Source: Gemmatimonadota bacterium
Lineage (GTDB): Bacteria > Gemmatimonadota > Gemmatimonadetes > Palauibacterales > KS3-K002
DNA: 64,000 bases
Assembly (NCBI GenBank): GCA_039586795.1
Contig: JBDHJS010000003.1
Span: 32,001-96,000 of the forward strand
Direction: 5' to 3'
Part shown: piece by piece, positions 18,601-25,927 of the stretch
Numbering within the stretch: position 1 is the first letter of the stretch
Layout of the letters: every line of letters begins with the position of its first letter
Notes under the pieces: model-generated
Told to the model about the DNA's origin: nothing
Database searches by the model: none
Seen by the model: only the letters and a program-made list of their open reading frames with translations
Made by a program: the position numbers and the translations under genes

Positions 18601-21083
18601 ACGCTAGGGTGATGACGATCTACGAGGGCACGAACGAGATCCAACAGTTCCTGTTGCTGAAGGATGTGATCGACATGGTCGGGCCGAGGCTGGACAAACT
18701 CGAGGAACTGGACGTCTCGGCTGAAGACTCGGTGTTCAAAGCCGAGGTCGATGCCCTGCGCGAGATGCACGCTGCGGTCAGGGAACGGGTGAAAGAAACA
18801 CGTGCGACCTATAAGAGCGCCGCCTGGCAGCGCGCGTTGCTGCAGCCTGTGTTCTTCCGTCTGGCGCGAATGGTCGCGCTGCTGAAGACAGTGGACAGCG
18901 TTCTGCACCGCGCCGACTGGGTGGCGCGCAACCTCACGGCGGACGCGGACGCGTTCCGTCGGAGTTGGAGCGACAAGGCAGCGCGCGGCTTTGTCGCGAG
19001 AGCGCGCCGCGAGTTCATGCGGTTGGCGACGGGCTTTGATCGCGATTTCGAGACCTTGAAGGCGGGCGGCCGCACCGCCGAGTTGAAGCTGGCGGAGACG
19101 CTACTCGACGAAACGGAGATCGCCGCCGCGCACGGAAAGGCGGGCACCGGCGGGATCGAGAGGTCGCCGATCGATCGAGGTTTGGAGATCGTTGTAGCGC
19201 TGGAACGAGCGCCGCATTTGGCGCCGCGACCGCGCGTCATTGACGGCGAGCTGGCCGAGCACGTGTACGGATTCACGGCGGGAGACCGTCGTGCTCTGTC
19301 GATGGCTCTGGCTTTGAAATCGGCGTCGCCGGAGCGGGTCCGTGTGACGCTAGTATGTGCCGCGCCCGTGGAAGTGGAGGACGCGCTGCGCGCCGGGCTG
19401 GCCGCAGGCGCGGACCGGGCAATTCTGATCGACACGCGCGGGGAGTTGTACGAGGAGCATTCGGTTGCCGACGCGATCACCGGTGTTCTGCGACAACGCA
19501 ACATCGATCCCGACCTGCTTCTTTCTGGCGCGTCGGAGGACGGCCCCAGCGGGGGCCGGCTCGGCCTCAGACTCGCGAGCGAATTGGACATCGAATGGGC
19601 CCCGAACGTGACCGAGCTGTGGGTGGACGGGAGCACGGCGGTAGTGACCAGCGAACGGTTTCCCGACAGCCTCATAAAGGCGGACCTGCCTGTTGCCGCA
19701 TCGGTCGCGGGATCGGAAGGCGAGCCCGCTCCGGAGTTCACGGCCGCCGGTTTTGCGGAGGCGCTACGCAAAGACGTGGATGCCGTCCCGTTCCCAGACG
19801 ACGCGGAACGCGCCGACGAGGAGCTAGCAACGACATCAGCACAGGCGACAACTGAGTCGCATGACGATGCCGGTCGCATCGATCCAGAGCGCGCCGCCGA
19901 GCTACTGGTTGAAGTCGGCGACCTGGGAGACGGCTCCGCCGTGCCGACGGGCGAACCACATGCGGGAGCCATCGAGTCGGTCAGCGTCGACTCGTTGGAT
20001 TGGCGCGGGGTGGTCTTCATCGCCGAGATCGAAGACGACAACCTGGTTAGAGACGCCAGAGCGCCGCTCGAGGCAGCGAGCGGCCTGGCAGAACGATCCT
20101 CTCTTCCACTATCGGGTTTGGTATTGAGCGAGCGTCTGTCCGATGACCGCCGTCGAGCGATCGCCGGACGCCTCGCCGCGCACGCGCCGTTCGGGCAGAT
20201 CGTTTTCGCAGAGCACGATGCTCTGGGCGACGGCGCCTACCGCGCCTACGTCGAAGCATTGGAGAAGCTGGTGGGGCCGGAATCCAGAACGCGCCCGACC
20301 TATCTAGTATCATCGCCGTGGCTGGCCGACGCGATGCCACCGCTGGCGGAGGTGCTTCGTCGATCCGACGTCGACGCGGACGAACTGGCCGGTGTTTCGC
20401 GGGTGGAGTTCCGCGACGGCGATGGTGTCGCGTTCGTCCAACCCGCGTACGAGCGTAAGTTGAGAGCACGACGTCACCTTCCTTACGCCGCTGACGCGAT
20501 GCGGATCCTATGGTTCGAACCCGAAGTTACGTCGGAGCCAGGGGAAGCGACCTCATCGGATCCGACGGTAGTAGTGGTCGGCCTCGATCTGGACTACGAT
20601 CCGCAAACAGATGCCCTGACCGAAGCGCTGCTCGAGGCAAAGAAGGCCCTTGGTGTGGTGACGTTGGAGAACGCCGAGTTCGTCATCGACGTGGGTGCCG
20701 GCCTGGGCTCCGTCGACAATCTGGACACGGTTGTGGAGCCATTGCGCCAAGCGCTGCTCGAGCTCGGGGCGCCGCACGTACTCATCGGCGCAACCCGCAA
20801 GGTGACGATAGATATGAGCTGGCTGCCGGAAGAGCTTCAGGTCGGGCAGACCGGCGTTCGAGTGAATCCGCGTATCATGATCGCGCTGGGCGTTTCAGGC
20901 GCGCCTCAGCACATCGACTGGGTGGGCGATCGCGCGGTGATCTTCGCGTTCAACATGGATGCGCAGGCGCCGCTGATGACGCTCAACCAGAGACGTGAAC
21001 AGCCGAAGGTCTACCCGATCGTCGGCAACCTGCTCGAGACCGTCCCCCGCTTCATCAAGGCTCTGAAGCACGGACGCGATTGA
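12630..21083 (+). CDS. Giant multidomain flavoprotein: FixC/ETF-QO FAD domain + 4Fe-4S domain + two acyl-CoA dehydrogenase modules + ETF-beta + ETF-alpha
   Basis: DVIIVGGGPAG and GAENWSG; CPASVY..NCVKCETC; RSRIQF..GVGKFGAV..QVIGG..YRDS; AFSLTEPSAGSD, LNGAKMWITNG, IYEGTNEIQ; RAGLAAGADRAIL; IGATR..QVGQTG..GVSGAPQH..NMDAQAP. Continuous 8.4-kb ORF. Confidence 0.93.
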   Translation: MSAKLWDVIIVGGGPAGITAALRLAREDLDILVVEAAVYPGAENWSGAVYFAENLADPKVLGVDGLEAAPYEGRVVKRGFFSCNGLSMAGLEYENPETFKHCYTVLRPVYDRYLAEVARREGVTFLTETTVDGLIRRNDRVVGVHTDRGPVYGQIVFLAEGDASHLVSKEGFEGDAVRAKKNGQPAFLQGVKEVIQLEPEVIEDRFGVGPGEACCYEILLRNGVVDGKPVRLNMAGLLYTNRNSVSIGLVMPLDNLAEYRGDYNALMEWYKSLPPIARLIEGGEATSFGAKIIRSGGLAEMPRLVADGVVVGGAATGIGVDFPYPNFTGPATAMGRIFADAVLKLQSEGAEPRSGQLEELYVQPLKETSYYKDVDYLRDWPGFIEHTDALFSRQIDLLNGSSYAMTRPTLRFPHSWWETVRVVSETMKGRWSKTLKDLAGGSKALRMGRLIAKHMPAALLLSVPNTLLALMPFAYGKGPGKISLSFWVDGEESRTLPWYKRWSYARYRSALMKATAIVYANDGVPIRTKLDRAIGTLLRRFSLWEIVLGVLGVAVFWLTRGLQKLSDAIRYSRKKPTIEELTATFYGSWLTRWRAMTDLARAASTGQTHDAKLGEISYGGDVGSHIKVFFPPDKPGTLEDPSRSALWSVCPASVYQINVDRTMHASVAVNFENCVKCETCWRIEPQHVDWSRFGKHRLTYEVYTDADASLRQLLSERELRDTPEIEPSFWSATLTEAWPVGHVEASDALRSDITNARRAIDRAAAKCSELSDNIWLGPRVLEPGQVSWYISALEYFAVLADEAASVALSEPIEDWLIEHELAGAHLELLQAKRDLDLVTRGIREHAGSQKFFAGEADARQAAGHHLAGMREIIDRIALACRIPDDYVDPVAELRNQEQESPARAAAREELREHLAAIFDRGAIRRLEDGGSPEGAEIEALRESTRAALGDETQGAFDSWAPLTRSDILGELSRIDPSLAILVAGHLEGLAALEGAGATAKVIGPLKKVEVFVTLATEVAGQPGDGKWNGALPFALTALADRFVSRGEGQVAVFGLKSKGVKASITPAIGLTGAAASEILLKDAKPMWSGDWTEADETELFAARVRDAAAIALGSATILTERAIDHARSRIQFPDMFQDLDGRDGVGKFGAVRAHLSHIEASRLAIETILNDCDWTADSDLEAMVGKVAVTDLFGPDMPSITYRAGQVIGGSAFSEEDIFSKAYRDSSVFTHYIRENAELNVEIGSRISAGDGSLLATIAPDLSAALDVVARRPIFDFEVNRLREAEMQLAENMRGVLSQGQEPAVAEVVHDIAGELVTRLYVWARLMVRAYRRLEGALPAQRYLEAVQLWADIIEERLLGLEDELAQSAARIELGTDALQLDAYPDEPIATSGLDFDLDKDVIKGEVNYRSGDFLLKPFRIDETRYTPELQWVDDVTRNHYDEYLKEIRERFQTGRYKPSFERETERLHCIPREDIDWTVDRGYFRVVIPEEYGGQGRSKADYYNLCQIAKRHGDVSLTLTIQANTSIGTTPMLLGLDEVIAAERDLAGAVARAADVEAAKSEIEKLIEMMSMPDVDALAKKYMEIDKSVRSSIGKSRILKKVVFGKFQSAWGKAGAAGMKKDLVGFRKGLEKAVVALGGWQERVAAELDEMPRRRMAHEFFLRLISSRITSAFSLTEPSAGSDTARVRTEARLDSRSVLTDDDGVKHFYLDEDDPESRRNLADMRRFEFDGRRILYRYSDDADPAEVHSQEYTYSEDEEKYRYFMIGDRRVDIHDMAIVRERDGEEVYEFFVLNGAKMWITNGHIAGVNAIYARTPMGLTGFMVDALTDGFLVGKDEEKTGQRGSPTNEIGLTNVRIPRECMIGIEGRGQENALETLNVGRTGLCISSTAGIDQAIGDATAYLEETGRNSSAGVRYRLGLTMEEMYAVESIAYNLVGIYDDKTSDMPRVESSIAKLFGTEGLHRMLHFLEPVYGIDGQTQRYRIEKDRRDARVMTIYEGTNEIQQFLLLKDVIDMVGPRLDKLEELDVSAEDSVFKAEVDALREMHAAVRERVKETRATYKSAAWQRALLQPVFFRLARMVALLKTVDSVLHRADWVARNLTADADAFRRSWSDKAARGFVARARREFMRLATGFDRDFETLKAGGRTAELKLAETLLDETEIAAAHGKAGTGGIERSPIDRGLEIVVALERAPHLAPRPRVIDGELAEHVYGFTAGDRRALSMALALKSASPERVRVTLVCAAPVEVEDALRAGLAAGADRAILIDTRGELYEEHSVADAITGVLRQRNIDPDLLLSGASEDGPSGGRLGLRLASELDIEWAPNVTELWVDGSTAVVTSERFPDSLIKADLPVAASVAGSEGEPAPEFTAAGFAEALRKDVDAVPFPDDAERADEELATTSAQATTESHDDAGRIDPERAAELLVEVGDLGDGSAVPTGEPHAGAIESVSVDSLDWRGVVFIAEIEDDNLVRDARAPLEAASGLAERSSLPLSGLVLSERLSDDRRRAIAGRLAAHAPFGQIVFAEHDALGDGAYRAYVEALEKLVGPESRTRPTYLVSSPWLADAMPPLAEVLRRSDVDADELAGVSRVEFRDGDGVAFVQPAYERKLRARRHLPYAADAMRILWFEPEVTSEPGEATSSDPTVVVVGLDLDYDPQTDALTEALLEAKKALGVVTLENAEFVIDVGAGLGSVDNLDTVVEPLRQALLELGAPHVLIGATRKVTIDMSWLPEELQVGQTGVRVNPRIMIALGVSGAPQHIDWVGDRAVIFAFNMDAQAPLMTLNQRREQPKVYPIVGNLLETVPRFIKALKHGRD

Positions 21084-22605
21084 GCGGGAGGACGCCAAAG
21101 CGCCGGGCGAGAAGCCAGAGCAGCGATCCAGCTCCGATGACGACGAACAGGCAACGGAGCATCGTCCACGTTATGTCCGCACCCAGCCCAACCTCCGACT
21201 CCGGAACGAACCGCAGAACAAGGGCGACGGCGAGGAACACGATTGCGTAGGGCGCTAGGATAGATGCGATGAACGAGGCCGCCCTCACACCCGGCATCTC
21301 CAGTGCCCTGATCGCGGCGACCATGGTCAACGCGGAGTACGCCAGATAACCTGCTGCGGCGCCCCACGCTACACCGACGAGCCCGTACCCACCGAGAATC
21401 ATGCCGGTCACGGCTCCGCCGGCTATTACGATCGCCGCGACCGTGAGGGCGACCAACTGTTTCTGCCTGTTGAGCGATACGAGAACAACTTGCGGCATGC
21501 GCGTCAGCACCATGAAGAAGATCGCCGCAATGAGGACCTTCCCGGGAGTAATCGTCGGCGTGTACCTGGGCAGCAGCCAAACGATCGGCAGGTGAAAGGA
21601 CAGGAAGAGGAGACCCAGCACCGGGCTGGCGAAATAGCTGAGAACCAGGCTGGGTCTCGTCAGGAAATCTTGAAGCTCACCGACCTCTTTCACTCTGGCG
21701 CTCTTCTCCATGAGGCGAGGATACAGCACGACCGAAACTGCCTCGGGCACCAGCATAACGGAAACGACGAGATACGAACCCAGAGCATAGATTCCCATGC
21801 TCTCACGTGACATGAATATCCAGACGGCGATCTTGTCTACGTTCCATAATGTGATCAGCAGAGCGCCTGCAATCATGATCGGGAAGCCGATTCGCAGCAG
21901 TTCCCTCAGGGCGTCAAGATTCCACCGTGGACGAACGAACGGCGTGCTTCCTCCGCCCGCCCATAACAAAGCAGCGGCATATGAAAAGATCACGGCGACC
22001 AGAAAACCAGGCAGTCCGTAGCGCAGCGCTGCGAGTACCCCACCGACGCTAGACAGAAGCGCGAAGCCGACCATGATTCGCCCAGCCTGACCGAACCGCT
22101 TCCTGGCTCGCAACTTGACGTGCGCGAACCAATACAGTTGAGCCAGCGCGTGTAAAACGGCGAGCATCAGCCATGCAACGCGCAACTCCGTCGACCAACC
22201 CCGCAAGAAGGTTAGCACGAATGCGGCGATCACAATCGCAAAGACCGCCGCACTGAGCATCGAGAACCCGAACACCGTGCTCTCGATCCCGCTCGCCCGC
22301 TCCTCGTTTCCAGCGCCCGCCGCATGAGCCACTTCACGAAGCAGCGCTTCGTTAACGCCTAGTTGTCCGTATTGGAGGAACTGGAGCGCGATCTTTATCT
22401 GTGACCAGACACCGAACAGCGCCGGCCCCAGGACCCGCGCGAGCAGCAACCCGCGCAGCAGGAAGAGGAACTCAGAGAGGTAACGCGCGATGGAATAGTC
22501 CGAGAAGTGCGCCCAGACAGACCGTTCGCTATCCGCGAGGTCCAATACCGCGGGCGCGGTGCGGCCGCCCGTTTCATCGTTAGCAGCAGGGGGCAATTCG
22601 GACAT
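21055..22605 (-). CDS. Polysaccharide flippase (Wzx/MOP superfamily)
   Basis: About 13-14 TMs; LARVLGPALFG; LLRIGFP..NVDK..MGIYA motif. Confidence 0.85.
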   Translation of the reverse strand: MSELPPAANDETGGRTAPAVLDLADSERSVWAHFSDYSIARYLSEFLFLLRGLLLARVLGPALFGVWSQIKIALQFLQYGQLGVNEALLREVAHAAGAGNEERASGIESTVFGFSMLSAAVFAIVIAAFVLTFLRGWSTELRVAWLMLAVLHALAQLYWFAHVKLRARKRFGQAGRIMVGFALLSSVGGVLAALRYGLPGFLVAVIFSYAAALLWAGGGSTPFVRPRWNLDALRELLRIGFPIMIAGALLITLWNVDKIAVWIFMSRESMGIYALGSYLVVSVMLVPEAVSVVLYPRLMEKSARVKEVGELQDFLTRPSLVLSYFASPVLGLLFLSFHLPIVWLLPRYTPTITPGKVLIAAIFFMVLTRMPQVVLVSLNRQKQLVALTVAAIVIAGGAVTGMILGGYGLVGVAWGAAAGYLAYSALTMVAAIRALEMPGVRAASFIASILAPYAIVFLAVALVLRFVPESEVGLGADITWTMLRCLFVVIGAGSLLWLLARRFGVLPLNRVRASEP

Positions 22606-22731
22606 CGCATGGTTTGTTGGTGACCGAAGCGCTCGCTCACTGTTAGGGTCAACGGTACACTGGCCGACAGGCGTCGGGATGGCAAGCGCGAGGCCAGCGA
22701 CAGCTCAGTGTCGCTGGCGCAGTCCCTGGTC

Positions 22732-23961
22732 TCAGGAGGGATCGTGAATGACGCCGATGAAGAGGATGGTGCCGGAGAAGCGTTCACGGATCGCGAAGAG
22801 AAACGGCCTATCGACACGCACAGCCATCGGCGCGCTGGTAACACCCACCTCGACAGAGGTGACAGCGGCCGCCTCGGTGCCCTCTTCGTTGACATCGACA
22901 AAGGTCTTGTGTTTGACTTTGCTGATGAAGAGCTGAGCCTGGTCGTTGATCCTGGAGAAATCGGCGTTCAGTTCGTCGAAGGCGATCTCCATGCCGAGGG
23001 CCTTCAGCGCTTCGTTCAACTCGATCTCGTACTCGAGGGTGAACTTGGGGAGGTACACCTCCATTTCAGCGGCCAGCAGCCCGTCGATCCAACCCTGCCA
23101 TGTGGCCGCGTCAATCGAAGCGACCAGCGAATCGATGTCACGACCACGGTCCGGCAGAACGATCGTCATGCTATACGCCTTACCGCCATACGGAAGGTCG
23201 GCTACAAGAACGCCTTCATCGTAGTAGGATCGCAATTCCGCTTCGCCGCCGTGGGTCATCATCGGCACCTGGACCGTACCGCCGTCGGCCAGGGTGAAGA
23301 CGCCAGGCGCGGTCCGATCCGGATCGAATTGGGTGGTCCAGTTCCCCTTGAAGTAGATGGCATTGATGAGGAACATGATGATCTCGGGCGCGATCGCATC
23401 GACAATCTCACTGATCCGACCGTTGGTTTTATCGTCTACCCAGCTGTTGATGATCCCCGGTGCGCCAGGGTCGTCGAAGTCGAGCGTCGCCACCTCGGCG
23501 TCGAAGTGCTCGATGTTTACATCGATGAAATCCTGTTCGACGGGAAAGTTCTCACGAATCCAGATCGAGTTGGCCAGAGTGAACTGCACGGAAGAGTCGA
23601 GGTTAGCAAGAAGATCGATCAGGCTGCGATAGGAGTCGTTTACGTCATCGATCGATAGCCCCTGTAGCTCGAGCGTCTCTTGCATAGCCTCGAGCGTTGT
23701 GCCATCGGCGCCGTTGTATACCATGCCGAGCGCCATGGCGACGCTGAGCGGTGATAGAAAGATGTTGGCACCAACTTCCTCGCCCTGATGAACTTCGCGG
23801 AAGAGCTTGAGGCCGAAGCTGTTGTCCGACTCGATGAGCTGCTCTTCACCCGCTTCGAGGTCGCGAGGAAGCCCTTCGATCTGCGGATTCTGGATATCTT
23901 CGTCGCATCCCAGCGCGACCAGCACCCAAAGACCCGCTACGATAGCTGTGAGTCGTCTCAT
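22732..23961 (-). CDS. Serpin (I4 protease inhibitor), lipoprotein
   Basis: NIFLSPLS, NAIYFKGNW, hinge EEGTEAAA, DRPFLFAIRE..GTILFIG; lipobox ALGC. Confidence 0.96.
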   Translation of the reverse strand: MRRLTAIVAGLWVLVALGCDEDIQNPQIEGLPRDLEAGEEQLIESDNSFGLKLFREVHQGEEVGANIFLSPLSVAMALGMVYNGADGTTLEAMQETLELQGLSIDDVNDSYRSLIDLLANLDSSVQFTLANSIWIRENFPVEQDFIDVNIEHFDAEVATLDFDDPGAPGIINSWVDDKTNGRISEIVDAIAPEIIMFLINAIYFKGNWTTQFDPDRTAPGVFTLADGGTVQVPMMTHGGEAELRSYYDEGVLVADLPYGGKAYSMTIVLPDRGRDIDSLVASIDAATWQGWIDGLLAAEMEVYLPKFTLEYEIELNEALKALGMEIAFDELNADFSRINDQAQLFISKVKHKTFVDVNEEGTEAAAVTSVEVGVTSAPMAVRVDRPFLFAIRERFSGTILFIGVIHDPS

Positions 23962-24203
23962 CGCTCAGCTCCCAACTTGACTGGCTCTCTAACCGGCAAA
24001 CGGCACACGGCAGCCGGTACGACGTCTAACCCCATTTAGAACGTCAACCGTATGCCGCATACCGCTTACCGAAATATTCCACCTGCCTCGTTTCCTCTGT
24101 CCGGGCCTAATTTAGATGTCGCCAACCCGCCGAAAGTTAAATGGGCCGCCGTGGCGGAACCCTGGAAGGCCGCCAGCGGTTCTAGCCAGCGAGGAGGCCG
24201 TAA

Positions 24204-24734
24204 ATGCAGCGAAAGACCACAAGGATCCTGATCATCGCGGCGCTGGTCATGCTGGCCGCCTGGCGGCTACCACGCAGCCCCGAGCCGCCGCCGGCACCGG
24301 AGACCCGCCCGGAGTTCCCGAGCTTCAGTCTCGAGACGTTCGACGGCGCGCTGGTGACACAGGAGGAGCTGGCGGGCAAGGTTACGCTCGTGACGTTCTG
24401 GGCGAGCTGGTGCCCCGCCTGCCGGGCCGAACTGCCGCTGCTCGACAGCCTGAACAACGCCGTCGACCATCCGGACTTTGTGGTTATCGGTATCAACGAG
24501 GATCGGCATGAAGCCCCGGCACGCTTCCTTGCGGAGCAGTTAGGGCTGGAGATGAAGCAGCTACTTGGCCGCGGATACCAACAGGCGCGCTACGGCTACT
24601 GGGGACTGCCGTATACGGTTCTGCTGGATCGTGAGCGTCGGATTGTGGGCACCTGGTACGGTTACCCGGGACGGCGCGGCTTTGACGAGAAGATCGCCGG
24701 TCTGGTCCAAACAGTATTGGATGAAGAAGGTTAG
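24204..24734 (+). CDS. TlpA/ResA-family thiol-disulfide oxidoreductase
   Basis: FWASWCPAC..ELP, GLPYT.LLD; N-terminal anchor. Confidence 0.9.
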   Translation: MQRKTTRILIIAALVMLAAWRLPRSPEPPPAPETRPEFPSFSLETFDGALVTQEELAGKVTLVTFWASWCPACRAELPLLDSLNNAVDHPDFVVIGINEDRHEAPARFLAEQLGLEMKQLLGRGYQQARYGYWGLPYTVLLDRERRIVGTWYGYPGRRGFDEKIAGLVQTVLDEEG

Positions 24735-24970
24735 GCGTTGACTTCGCCGTCCGGCGCACCCAGGCTCTTGTCTCCCAAGCGGGGACGCAGAGCCGGGTAG
24801 CCCTTCCCACCGCAGTGTACGCACGCTTCCACCAAGGACCAAAGCAGACCGTCACAAAGAGCGCACTGCGACTTTTCCCCTGCATCGGCGCGGTCATCGG
24901 TAGGCGCTCCACAGGCCTTGCAGGATGCAGCCTCAGCGCCCAGCGGCGCGCCGCAGATCGAGCAATCCAT
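24731..24970 (-). CDS. Small double zinc-ribbon protein (79 aa)
   Basis: AGGAG RBS before ATG 24970; four CxxC pairs (CSIC, CKAC, CALC, CVHC). Confidence 0.75.
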   Translation of the reverse strand: MDCSICGAPLGAEAASCKACGAPTDDRADAGEKSQCALCDGLLWSLVEACVHCGGKGYPALRPRLGDKSLGAPDGEVNA

Positions 24971-25153
24971 CGTGAATCTCCTGTTCCCGCAATTACTTAC
25001 GGACACTGAGGTGTCCAAACAACGCGACAATCGCCCTTGCCCCGCCACCTGAGTCTCGTTTACCTTCCGGCCTCAATAATCCTCGGAGTGGAGGGTCCCA
25101 AGCGACCCAGCGACAATATAACGACTGCTCCGGGCTTCGCTCGTAGGGGATAA

Positions 25154-25861
25154 GTGAACGATTCAGCCACCGTGGCCGCAAAGCCGTTCCCGGAGAAGGA
25201 GTACGACCGGCTACCCTGGCACGTGTACGTGTTGGGCGGCGTGATCATCCTGATCGGGATCGCGACGTTCATACTCATGTCGATAGAGGGCGAACGGAAG
25301 GACGGATATCTCTACCTGTTCTTCTACTCCATCCCGGCAAACACGGCGATCTCTGTATTCCCTCACGAACCGATTCTGATCTACTACGGCAAGTTCGCCA
25401 ACTTGTGGATCACTTCGCTAGCCGCAACAGGAGGCACGATCGTAGCCGGCTGGCTCGACCACCGGGTATTCGTACCGGTCCTCAACTACAGCAAGATCAC
25501 GGGATACAAGCAGAGCAGGTTCTACAAGAAGATGACGGACATGTTCATGAAGTATCCCTTCGCGACGCTTCTAGTGACCGGGGCTACGCCAATACCTTTC
25601 TGGCCCTTCAAGCTGTTGGTGTTCTCTATACACTACCCGTTGTGGAAGTACCTGACGGCGCTGGTCATAGCACGATTCCCAAGGTACCTGTTCCTCGCGT
25701 GGGCCGGCTCGATCTTCAATATTCCCAACTGGGTGTTGATCGGGATCGTCATACTTATCTTCTCGACCTACGCTGTGCGGGGCATCCCTGAGTTGTGGCG
25801 CCGAATCAAGGAGTCGCGGCGACGCAAAGAGGAAGGCGCTGAGAACACGTATCGAGTCTAG
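25154..25861 (+). CDS. DedA/VTT-family membrane protein
   Basis: FPHEP re-entrant motif, ATGGTIVAG, TPIPF, ARFPRY. Confidence 0.75.
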   Translation: MNDSATVAAKPFPEKEYDRLPWHVYVLGGVIILIGIATFILMSIEGERKDGYLYLFFYSIPANTAISVFPHEPILIYYGKFANLWITSLAATGGTIVAGWLDHRVFVPVLNYSKITGYKQSRFYKKMTDMFMKYPFATLLVTGATPIPFWPFKLLVFSIHYPLWKYLTALVIARFPRYLFLAWAGSIFNIPNWVLIGIVILIFSTYAVRGIPELWRRIKESRRRKEEGAENTYRV

Positions 25862-25927
25862 AGGTTGGATGACGCGATTTCAAAGTCGCGGCGTACGTAA
25901 CAATGGGGACTGAAAGGTTACTACTGG

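Noticed and set aside
18809..20041. 410-aa antisense ORF and many other shadow ORFs (e.g. 22708-23658, 3772-4497, 649-1056)
   Set aside because: They overlap well-supported genes on the opposite strand, have no motifs, and are expected at high GC.
12630..21083. Nitrogen-fixation fixABCX locus
   Set aside because: No nif genes; the fusion with acyl-CoA dehydrogenases points to acyl-CoA oxidation.
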